A program made the position numbers and the translations under genes. DNA of 22,386 nt from positions 1-22,386 of the forward strand of contig JARROD010000145.1 of assembly GCA_037384225.1 (NCBI GenBank), written 5' to 3'. The notes under the pieces were generated by a model that did no database searches, was not told the origin of the DNA, and saw only the letters and a program-made list of their open reading frames with translations. Source of the stretch: Exilibacterium sp. (GTDB taxonomy: Bacteria; Pseudomonadota; Gammaproteobacteria; Pseudomonadales; Cellvibrionaceae). Of the stretch, positions 1 through 9,000 are shown piece after piece (the first letter of the stretch is position 1; every line of letters begins with the position of its first letter).

Positions 1-179
1 GCCTTCGATCCGGCGGCCATCCGGGGGTAGTTGGCCCAGACACGCCGCAAGTCCCCCTCCGGGGCCCGGCCCGCCATCACAGATGGCGGGCGTCGGTATC
101 CATGCCTCCGACAGTCTGGGCCAACGACCTCCGGACGTCCGCCTGACACTGTGCCTGCCCCGGGTTATTGAGAAGTTAC
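1..179. repeat. Intergenic REP/MITE-like element, copy 1. It is truncated at the window edge and carries a nested GC-rich palindromic insert at about 24-140.
   Basis: The left end GCCTTCGATCCGGCGGCCATCCG and the right end TCCGCCTGACACTGTGCCTGCCCCGGGTTATTGAGAAGTTAC match the compact copy at 15448-15536. The roughly 115-bp insert between them has nested inverted repeats: GGCCCAGAC (33-41) pairs with GTCTGGGCC (114-122), and GCCCGCCATC-aca-GATGGCGGGC lies at 68-90. Confidence 0.6.
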
Positions 180-625
180 CAATTTTTCCTGAAATAATTG
201 AATAAAAATTTTCAATTATTTTGTTGTTTGAACCCAAGTGTGGCGCTATTATCAACCACTCAGCTATCGACGTTCTTTATAAGAAAACGGATAAATAAGT
301 TTTGGGAACTGTACGCTCACCCCCATCAAAAATTTAACTTAGCGGTCATCCTCCAGGATAACGAAGTCGCCGATTGGAAATTTTATAGAAGTTACCAGCC
401 CACAAAAGTCACTAACCCACAAAGTGACTGAATAGACTTATTTTTTTGCTTGTAAAATAGCCCTATGGCTGACAGCCTGAAAATTAACTATTGATCTGGC
501 ATCAAAAACAATTGGCAAAATATATGGTAAACAGGTTGCAATTATTTAAGTTGGTTGTTGAATGTTAATTTCGTAAAGCTCATATTGAAACTGCTTGCAA
601 AAATCCAGCTAGAGATACAAAACAA

Positions 626-910
626 ATGAAAAACAACACACAAAATAAAGCGTTGTTTATGTTAATTCCGCATAAAGGCACTCCAAAATTAAAAGATAAA
701 AACACAATCGCAAAGCAAATCGTTAACGTAGAACAAAGTTCAGAATTACCCGGAGACGAATTCAGAGCCTGGGTCGACAGAAACCAGGAAACGCTGGGCG
801 ATGCCAAGGTTATCGACATGCTAATGCTTCGTTGCCGACTGCTGCGTCAATTGGAAGCGTTAAAAATTCGGGAAAGCGCCGCAGCTGAATTAATGAAGCG
901 CCACAACTAA
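626..910 (+). CDS. Hypothetical small protein of 94 aa. The N-terminus is basic and the C-terminus looks helical.
   Basis: The ORF follows a roughly 200-bp AT-rich stretch and has a non-repetitive, protein-like composition. It is the only plausible gene in the 1.1 kb between the repeat and the M13 peptidase. The Shine-Dalgarno (AGAGA) is weak and I recognise no family. Confidence 0.35.
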   Translation: MKNNTQNKALFMLIPHKGTPKLKDKNTIAKQIVNVEQSSELPGDEFRAWVDRNQETLGDAKVIDMLMLRCRLLRQLEALKIRESAAAELMKRHN

Positions 911-1310
911 CGTTAATACACTACTTCAGCTAACGTAGACACAAGCGATACCGCTGAGTCAGTAAGCAAACACTACCGAATTAATAAAGGCCCACCGCTG
1001 TTTTTTGAAGGGCCACAGCTATTTTATAGCGCTGTAGACCCAGGCTCCATCTAGTTAGTGGGTTATATTTCGCATATCCTCTTTTCGGTTAAAAATAACC
1101 CGTTAAGAAAAGGGTGTGTGTGGTAATGAACCCGCAGAGGAGACTGATATTGCCACGCTGGATTTTCTATAACAGTTTTTATCCACAGCCCCGCCCGGAT
1201 TCAGGGTGGATTGAGCTGCTCCTCCTGAAAAAGTATACTTCCCGCCAGTCCCTCCTTGCGTTCAACGACGTGCCTTGTATAAAAGTAACAGGGGCAAAGG
1301 GGTGCTCATA

Positions 1311-3401
1311 ATGTTGAACAGTATGATGAGAAAGGTAATTCGACGAATGAAACTCACGGTAAATACACTCCACTACGGCATTGCCCTATACGCTATACTG
1401 GCGCTTTCCGGCTGCACCATGCCAACTGACAACTCCGTCACTAAGGCGGCAACAACACGCCCCTCGGGGATAGATAACGCGGGTATGGACACTACCATCC
1501 GGGCTCAGGACGATTTTTTCGGCCATATGAACGGCAGCTGGATTGAGAACACTGAGATCCCCGCTGATAAATCCAGTTGGGGCGCTTTTCATAAACTGCA
1601 CGACCAAAGCCAGAAAGACATTAAAGCCATAGTCGAAGAGGTCTCAACCGCCGCCAGCAGCGAGGACGCGATCCGAATCGCCAATCTGTACAAGAGTTTC
1701 ATGAACCAGGAGCGTATCGAAGCCCTGGGTCTAACCCCGCTGCGCAAAGAACTGGCCAGTATCGCCGCACTCGATTCCACAGACAAGGTGATGAACCATT
1801 TCTCCACCGCTTATGCGCAGGGCTACGACTCACCGTTAGGATTCTGGGTCTACGCCGACCAGAAAGATCCGAACACAAATATTGTTTATTTCAGCCAAGG
1901 CGGTCTCGGACTCGGCAACCGCGATTACTACTTCGATGAGTCGGAAAAAGGGCGGGGAATCCTCGAAAAATACACCGCGTATATCACCAAACTGCTCACA
2001 CTCGCCGGCGATAAACAGGCGCAGCAGAGCGCCGCCGACATACTCACCCTGGAAACCGCCCTGGCCAAACATCACTGGACCAAGGAGGACAACCGTAACG
2101 CCGATAAAACCTACAATAAATTCAACCATAAAGAACTGCGGGCGCTGATGGCGGACTTCTCCTGGGACAGCTACCTCAGTGACTTCAACATGGCCGGCGA
2201 AACGGATTTTATCGTCTACCAGCCATCCTATTTCAAACAGTTGACCGAAGTGGCGGCGCAATACGACCCGGTCACTTGGCAGGCATACTTCCGCTTTCAT
2301 CTACTCGACAGCTACGCCAATTACCTGAGCGAAGACTTTAATCAAGCCAAATTCGACTTTCGCAACCACGAGCTTCAGGGCCAGGAGGAACAGGCTCCAC
2401 GCTGGAAGCGGGCCATCGATACCCTCAACGGCAGTGTCGGTGAACTGCTGGGCAAACTTTACGTGGAAAAACACTTCCCCCCGGAAGCCAAACAGCGCAT
2501 GGAGGCCCTGGTTGAGAATCTCAAACGCGCTTACGCCGATTCCATTAAACAACTCGACTGGATGAGTGACACGACCAAACAGGCAGCACTGAAAAAGCTG
2601 GGCACCTTTACGACCAAAATCGGCTATCCGGACAAGTGGCGTAGCTACGACAGTTTGACTTTTACCAGCGACAACCTGGTCGAGAATATCAAGCGTGTCA
2701 ATACATTCGACATCGACTACATGCTGGCGAAACTGGGTAAGCCCGTAGACCGCAGCGAGTGGGGTATGACCCCGCAAACTGTCAACGCCTACTACAATCC
2801 CGTGCTCAACGAGATTGTCTTCCCCGCCGCTATTTTGCAGCCTCCATTTTTCGATATGAGCGCTGACGATGCGGTCAATTACGGCGGTATCGGTGCCGTT
2901 ATCGGCCACGAAATAGGCCACGGGTTTGATGACCAGGGTTCAAAGTACGATGGCGATGGCAAACTCCAGAACTGGTGGCAGGCAGAGGATCGGGAGCAGT
3001 TCCAAAAACGTACACAGGCGTTGGTTGCGCAATACAGCGCTTTTGAAGCCCTGCCTGGTGAGTTTGTCAATGGCGAGTATACGCTCGGAGAGAATATCGG
3101 CGATCTGGGTGGTTTGAGCATTGCCTACAAGGCTTATGAACTTTCCCTCAATGGCAAGCCTTCTCCGGTCATTGAGGGCTATACAGGGGAGCAGCGGGTG
3201 TTTTTGGGTTGGGCCCAGGTCTGGCGCACCAAATATCGCCAGGAGATGTTGAGCCAGAGACTGAAAAACGATCCCCATTCGCCAGCGCGTTTTCGGGTTA
3301 ATGGTACAGTAGCCAATATTCCCGCTTTTTATGACGCTTTTGAGGTGAAAAAAGGCGATAAATTGTATTTACCACCGGAGCAGCGCGTTAAGATTTGGTG
3401 A
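1311..3401 (+). CDS. pepO: M13-family zinc metalloendopeptidase (neprilysin / PepO / endothelin-converting-enzyme-like), predicted lipoprotein.
   Basis: The translation contains the HExxH motif in VIGHEIGHGFD and the M13-specific GENIGDLGG (ExxxD) motif further downstream. The N-terminus has a lipobox (AILALSGC). The ORF track opens at a TTG (1275). I chose the ATG at 1311, which is preceded by AGGGGCAAAGGGG; ATG 1347 (MKLTV) is an alternative start. Confidence 0.9.
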   Translation: MLNSMMRKVIRRMKLTVNTLHYGIALYAILALSGCTMPTDNSVTKAATTRPSGIDNAGMDTTIRAQDDFFGHMNGSWIENTEIPADKSSWGAFHKLHDQSQKDIKAIVEEVSTAASSEDAIRIANLYKSFMNQERIEALGLTPLRKELASIAALDSTDKVMNHFSTAYAQGYDSPLGFWVYADQKDPNTNIVYFSQGGLGLGNRDYYFDESEKGRGILEKYTAYITKLLTLAGDKQAQQSAADILTLETALAKHHWTKEDNRNADKTYNKFNHKELRALMADFSWDSYLSDFNMAGETDFIVYQPSYFKQLTEVAAQYDPVTWQAYFRFHLLDSYANYLSEDFNQAKFDFRNHELQGQEEQAPRWKRAIDTLNGSVGELLGKLYVEKHFPPEAKQRMEALVENLKRAYADSIKQLDWMSDTTKQAALKKLGTFTTKIGYPDKWRSYDSLTFTSDNLVENIKRVNTFDIDYMLAKLGKPVDRSEWGMTPQTVNAYYNPVLNEIVFPAAILQPPFFDMSADDAVNYGGIGAVIGHEIGHGFDDQGSKYDGDGKLQNWWQAEDREQFQKRTQALVAQYSAFEALPGEFVNGEYTLGENIGDLGGLSIAYKAYELSLNGKPSPVIEGYTGEQRVFLGWAQVWRTKYRQEMLSQRLKNDPHSPARFRVNGTVANIPAFYDAFEVKKGDKLYLPPEQRVKIW

Positions 3402-3408
3402 TCGAATT

Positions 3409-3452
3409 GGGCTTATGGATAGTCCATCATATCCATAAGCCCATAATTTTTT
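3409..3452. terminator. Rho-independent terminator, probably bidirectional, between the convergent M13 peptidase and esterase genes.
   Basis: A perfect 12-bp stem GGGCTTATGGAT / ATCCATAAGCCC with a 10-nt loop is followed by ATAATTTTTTATT. It begins 8 nt after the M13 stop codon (TGA at 3399-3401). Confidence 0.75.
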
Positions 3453-3543
3453 ATTCTTTAACTTTTAGCTGGGTCGTTTTTTAACCTAGCCAACAGCCAG
3501 GACGGTAAACCTCTCTAAGTACCGTGCACGGTCCTGGTATGGT

Positions 3544-5238
3544 CTAAGGACACTGTCCAGACGCAAAAAAACCTTCCTCTGTTTCTTTTACCCAACTGAA
3601 AGTATAAATATTTGCCAGCCCCAAATTATCGCCGCCGCCAACTGTGATCGCATAACCCAGATCCGGGGCTGCGCGGCCGGCCTGAATATGATTCCAGTTG
3701 CTGTCTTCCCAGTCATGGCATTCAAAATCCCCCGTACCGCCGCTGCAGGCCGTTAACCTAGCACTGTACCACTCGCCGGGCGTACCCTCATATAAAGTAA
3801 TTTGGGACCAGGAATCGTAGGACTTACCGATTGCCACCCGGTCCGATTTCGTCAGCGCCTCCAAGTCGAAAAGGCCGCCTTTAACAGCCCTTGCCTCGGC
3901 AATATGTGCGCTCGGTGAGGCGCTGACAACAGCGCAGGTTTCAGCCGGCGCAGAGGGGTCCACGACAAGGATTGTGCGGGATCGGACGGCTGTATTGCCG
4001 TCTCCATCTTCGGCGGTGTAGGTGCAATAATATTCTCCGACTGTATTGGTATCCACAAGGCAATCGGCGCTGACAGTCAGTTGTCCATCCTCCAGATCCG
4101 TCGCGGAGGCGCCGGGGTCGCTAAAACTATCACCGATATTAATCTGCAAAGGGTTTTCACCCAGCAGGGTTATACTTGGTGTACCTATGGGGGCACCGTT
4201 GCCGTCCCGACTGTGGCGATTGAAAAAATCCACGATTAAGGCGGGGTAGTCCGGGCCTTTTTTTACGGTGTAGGTATCGATATTGCCCGCGCTCCCCGCC
4301 ACCCAGTAATGGCCGTAATCATTGTCGCCGCTGCTTGGTGTTTGCAGTGGGCCGTCGAAAAAAACAGTTTCAACCGTAGTCTGGTTTGTTTCGCTGTCGG
4401 CGTAGTATGTGTGGAGGCAATCGTAATTGTGTTCAGAGTAGAATTCACAGTTCACTTCCTGGACTTTTGTGCCGCCGAATAACCGCAGATGCAGGTCGCG
4501 GATATTGCGGCCGGCGGGCTGTTGTACGACACAGTCGTTGTCGTTTTGCAAGACCATGATCGGAATGGCGTAATCGTTGTTCAACTCTTGGGTCGCGCTG
4601 TTGGCGGAGCTGTTAATCGATTTGAACTGTGGTGAGCCCCAGCATCCGGCGAGGGAAACGGAGCTGGAGGTTTCGCTATAGGCCAGTCCGGATGCGACGG
4701 CTGCCGCTGACCAGTATTCGTTGTGGGTGATAGCGGCGATTTCCGCCATGGCACCACCGGCGGAAAAACCGGCAATAAAACGCTGTTGCGGGTCAATGTT
4801 GTAGTTACTCTCCACCTCCAGCGCCAGTTGGTGTAGGTCTTCCGGTTCTCCTTGTTCGGCGTGGATATGCTGATCGAACCAGAAACCCCAGCAGTTTTCG
4901 CTGCGCTGGCCGTCGTAACTGGTGATCGACGGTGTTACGAGAATAAATCCGTTGCTGTCGGCCGCCGCCTGAAAGCCCCAGTTGTCCATGCTATCGGTGC
5001 CATCCTGCACACAGCCGTGCAACACCATGACCAGCGGTGCTGCCGCGGTTAAACCGCTGGGGCGGTAAACCTGGTAGTTTCTGTCCCTGGAGCCGGAATA
5101 ATTTTTTGCATTAAAGGTATAGTTACTGATTGTGCCGGCATATATTTGTTGACAAAAAAATCCATAGAAAAATAGACAAACCAGGCAACTGAGTCTCTTT
5201 CCATATGAAATATTATTTGTTAATGGAATTTTTAACAT
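3544..5238 (-). CDS. Secreted multi-domain esterase. The N-terminal alpha/beta-hydrolase domain is of the PHB-depolymerase / LpqC esterase family. It is followed by an Ig-like (DUF5011-type) domain and a Cys/Trp-rich C-terminal putative binding domain.
   Basis: There is a signal-peptide-like N-terminus. The LHGCVQDG motif and the nucleophile elbow GFSAGGAMA (GxSxG) are the hallmarks of the esterase_phb family. The Ig-like segment reads ITLLGENPLQINIGDSFSDPGASATDLEDG...YYCTYTAEDGDGNTAVRSRTILV. The C-terminus has several Cys and aromatic residues. Confidence 0.8.
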   Translation of the reverse strand: MLKIPLTNNISYGKRLSCLVCLFFYGFFCQQIYAGTISNYTFNAKNYSGSRDRNYQVYRPSGLTAAAPLVMVLHGCVQDGTDSMDNWGFQAAADSNGFILVTPSITSYDGQRSENCWGFWFDQHIHAEQGEPEDLHQLALEVESNYNIDPQQRFIAGFSAGGAMAEIAAITHNEYWSAAAVASGLAYSETSSSVSLAGCWGSPQFKSINSSANSATQELNNDYAIPIMVLQNDNDCVVQQPAGRNIRDLHLRLFGGTKVQEVNCEFYSEHNYDCLHTYYADSETNQTTVETVFFDGPLQTPSSGDNDYGHYWVAGSAGNIDTYTVKKGPDYPALIVDFFNRHSRDGNGAPIGTPSITLLGENPLQINIGDSFSDPGASATDLEDGQLTVSADCLVDTNTVGEYYCTYTAEDGDGNTAVRSRTILVVDPSAPAETCAVVSASPSAHIAEARAVKGGLFDLEALTKSDRVAIGKSYDSWSQITLYEGTPGEWYSARLTACSGGTGDFECHDWEDSNWNHIQAGRAAPDLGYAITVGGGDNLGLANIYTFSWVKETEEGFFASGQCP

Positions 5239-5303
5239 GATATGAACACCCGCTTAATTATGTTATACCCAAAGCGAAGGGGCGTGCTCTGGAAATCTCA
5301 ATA

Positions 5304-6005
5304 TCAAACGCTTTGGTATACCCTATCCTTGCATAAATTTTCGAGCTCAGGACCTTTTAGAGCGGTATTTTCAGGGGCGCGCGCAGATTTTTCTAACCGG
5401 AGCATAGCTATCCCTATGTGAGGATTAGAAAAATTGAGCACGACCCTGAAAATGCGTTTTCTGACACGTTCGTATCGTCGGGTTTTCGCCGTCAGCAGTG
5501 CGCAAATAACCCCCGCAACAGCGCCAAACAAATGCGATTCAAATGAAACGCCGGGTCTTCCCGGCAAAACACCGTAGAACATACCACCGTAAAAGAAAAT
5601 GACAAAAACGGCAATGACAATATTGATAAACCGGTGGTCAAACCAGGCCATGGCTATTGTCAGGCTCCACAAACCGAATATCCAGCCACTGGCGCCAATG
5701 TGAATCGCCGGGCGAGCAAACAGCCAAACCATCAAACCGGTTAAGGTGATGATTATAAAACTGCTCCACAGGTAAAACTTTATTCCCCGCAACAGACACA
5801 GGCCGCTGAAAACCATCAGCCCAATCAGGTTATTGACCAGGTGGGCGGTGTTTCCATGTAATAAGGGGGCAGAATAAATATGGGGGAGCGTTTCAACAAC
5901 CCGGGGAAAAATACCGAACCGGGAAAGTTGGTAGCCGGTAAATATATTCAAAAAATGTATGCCACTGATCACAGCGGCCAAGATGAGCAAAACTCTGATT
6001 TTCAA
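5304..6005 (-). CDS. Rhomboid-family intramembrane serine protease (GlpG-like).
   Basis: Rhomboid signatures are present: HGNTAHLVNNL (the HxxxxHLxxN motif), the catalytic GASGWIFGL (GxSG) and a TM6 His in HLFGAVAGV. The protein is polytopic and hydrophobic. The start is a TTG preceded by CGGAGTG, and this start is needed to include TM1/TM2. Confidence 0.85.
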   Translation of the reverse strand: MKIRVLLILAAVISGIHFLNIFTGYQLSRFGIFPRVVETLPHIYSAPLLHGNTAHLVNNLIGLMVFSGLCLLRGIKFYLWSSFIIITLTGLMVWLFARPAIHIGASGWIFGLWSLTIAMAWFDHRFINIVIAVFVIFFYGGMFYGVLPGRPGVSFESHLFGAVAGVICALLTAKTRRYERVRKRIFRVVLNFSNPHIGIAMLRLEKSARAPENTALKGPELENLCKDRVYQSV

Positions 6006-6093
6006 TTATTTTTCACTCCGATCACTTGCCGAAAGCACGCGTCGCCACATGAAAGTCGGGCCGGTTGTGCGCGCAGATGTTCGCAATCTTTAT

Positions 6094-9000
6094 TTATTCA
6101 CTTGCTTTTTTAACTTCATCAACGACTGAATTGACGGTTTTATTAGCACTCTTTTTACCCACTGTGACACTCGTTTCCAAGCTGCGCAGTTGTGCGGAAA
6201 TATCTTTCATTTTATCGTGGGTGCGCAAATCTATCTCAAGCTTTTTATCCATACTGCGAACCAGTGGAAATATACTGTGTTCAATCGTTTCCGCCAGAAC
6301 GCGCAGCAGCTTATCCATGCCGGGCACCGGTTGATTAACGACTTCAACATTGGGTTTGTTGACCGCCACCAGTTTAACCAGTTTTTCCAGCGCCAGTGTT
6401 ACCGATGTCAGTTCACTTTCCGCCGCCGGTTGCTCAGCGCTTCGTTGCGACTGTAACAGCAACCCTTTGCTGATATGGGTGAGACTCTGTACACCTTCAG
6501 CCATATCCTTCAACTGCACCACGATCTTGCCCGCTACGTCGGCATCATCGCCCCCCATCGCTTTGTTACGCAAAAAATCCTTTTTTATCTCTCCCCAGCG
6601 ACTTTGCTCGGCAGCGGTCATATTTCCGCGCAGCTCTGCCAACTTCAGAAGATTTTCCTCGGCTCCCGATGTCAGCAGTTGCGATTCACCAATATAGTGA
6701 TCCTCAATCATTTGCATCAGTTCCCGCTCATTCATGACCGCCGACACTTTTTCCGCCATTTTGTTCATATTGCGGTAACTGCCCTGCAGTTTGAACGGCG
6801 GCTCGGTACGGTATTTATCACTTTGCGCCGCCGAGGCAATATACTGCTGGTTAATGTTCAACACCACACGCTGAACCTTAAACAGCATGCGCAAGACAGC
6901 CGTGATTTCGTTGATTTCCGCCCCGCTGTACTGGTGCGACAAGTTAGTGGTGGTGACTTCTTCCGCCCTGGCCATGTCTATCAGTTTGTAGATATCGCTC
7001 ATGTCCCGCGTTGCCAAAGGCGCAAGCACGGGATTAGACGTTAGACAGTTTTCTATATAACTCAAGGAGAACTGCTCATCCATACCACCGAGTACATCCC
7101 CCAGATTATAAATATCCGCACGGTTGGCCAGCATGTCCGGAATTTTAAAGACTTGCCCGGATTCCGTATAAGGGTTGCCGGCCATAACCACACAGAATTT
7201 TTTCCCCCGCATATCGTAGGTTTTTGTTTTGCCTTTCCAGACACCTTCGATACGCCGGGTTCCATCACATAGTGATATAAACTTCTGTAGAAATTCCGGG
7301 TGGGTATGCTGAATATCGTCCAGATACAACATCACATTGCTGCCCATTTCCAGCCCGAGATTCAGCTTTATCAGTTCCTGCCGCGCCGTAGCATTGGGCG
7401 CTTGCTCAGGGTCGAGTGAGAGCACTTCGTGGCCCAGCGAAGGACAGTTGATTTTCATAAAAATCAGCCCCAGGCGGTTGGCAACGTATTCCATCAGCGT
7501 TGTCTTGCCGTATCCGGGCGGGGAAATCATCATCAAAAGCCCCATCAAATCCGTGCGTCTGCTTTCACCGACACTACCCACCTGTTTGGCCAGGTTATCA
7601 CCGATGATGGGCAGATAGGCTTCGTCGATTAGGCGGTTGCGTACAAATGAACTCAAGGGTTTTGGCTTGAGCTCTTCCAGACGCAGTTTTTCCCGTTCCC
7701 GCTGTACTATCTCCTGGCGAACCTGTAGGTATTTATAAAAGTTCGGCACATACACATCACGATGTTGTTCCATGCGCTGCCAATATTCATCCACGGCGAG
7801 GTTGAGCTGACGATTGCCGATAGTGGGATGTTCACCCAGCAAGCCATCGATCTGCAGTTCCAGATCGGTTTCGGTAGCGCGTCTATCGATGCGTTGATCA
7901 CCGTTGATAAGCGCCACCGCTTCAGGAATATAACGCCGCAAAGCCTGCAGGTTTTTATTCTCGACCAACGCCACCAACCACGCCGAGGTCAGGTTCCAAC
8001 GCTCATCCGGGCGCCCCTGCAGTTTTTCGAGCGCGACACTGTATTGCCGCCAGGTATCAGTATCGAGCGCCCGCTTTAGCTCATCGACCAGCCGCTGGGC
8101 GTATTTACTGCCGACAAACGCGGTACGCTCCCGCTCCAGTTCGGCCACCAGGTAGCGCGCCGCACGACTGATATCCGCTTCACTCACCGCAATAGGGTAG
8201 TGCTCAAAAAACACCGTCAGCGCTTTGCGGACCTCCGTCACCAGCAGATCGCTGGCATCACCGCTGGAAAAATGCTGCTGCATCAGCGCCGCCGACCGCG
8301 CGCGTTGCGTCCAGGTTTCATATCGTGACTGCCAGTGTTCGCGCTTCGAGCCATGGCGGCGCTCCACCTCCGCGAGCATTTTCGTTGGCGACGGCGAAAC
8401 CACTGTATTCGGCAGATTGTTCAACAGTTTAATATTGGCCCAGAACACCTGCGCCAAACCGCGGCACAATGGGTCAAAGCAGAGTAAGTCTGCACTGTCG
8501 ATGGCAGGTACCAGGCTGCTTAGGATGCGCGTCGCATCGTGATCGTGAATGCCTTTTTCATAAGCTTCTTTATAGCGTGGGGCGGCAAAGTCAGACACCA
8601 GTCTATCCAGTTTTCCCTGATCCCTGAGTGACTCCCGCAGCAGCGTCAGAGACAGGCCGTGGCGACCGTCGCGGGCTGCATCCAGTATCAACCAGGCCAG
8701 GTATTCGGCGCGGTAAACTGTTGCGCTTTCCGATTCCAGCGAGACATCCCAGTAGTCTTTTAAAGCCAAGAGGTCCGGGTGCGTTATCTGTTCGAAATAA
8801 TCCGTGCCGATCAAATGTGTGTAGAGCTTGCCCTCCCGCGGTATTATCGTCAAATCCAGTTCCTGCATATTGACACTGAATTTGTGCCTCGGACCCAGCT
8901 TGATAACCCGGCCGCCGTCCTCAAAAATATCGCTTTTATCCCGCAGCCCCCGCAGTGCCTGATCTTTTATCGCGTTGAAACGCGACTCCACATCGTCGGC

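Noticed and set aside
198-431. 77-aa plus-strand ORF starting inside an AT-rich stretch right after repeat copy 1.
   Set aside because: It has a low-complexity N-terminus and no RBS. It begins in what looks like spacer or promoter DNA. It is probably spurious.
1836-3278. Minus-strand ORFs of 80-206 aa inside the M13 peptidase gene (1836-2300, 2301-2921, 2940-3278).
   Set aside because: They lie antisense to a gene with unambiguous HExxH/ExxxD motifs and a terminator, and they have no coding features of their own.
5262-5322. 14-bp inverted repeat (GTTATACCCAAAGCG ... CGCTTTGGTATACC) spanning the rhomboid stop codon and the esterase upstream region.
   Set aside because: The loop is 32 nt, one arm lies inside coding sequence, and there is no U-tract. 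It could be coincidental. I did not call it a terminator or attenuator.
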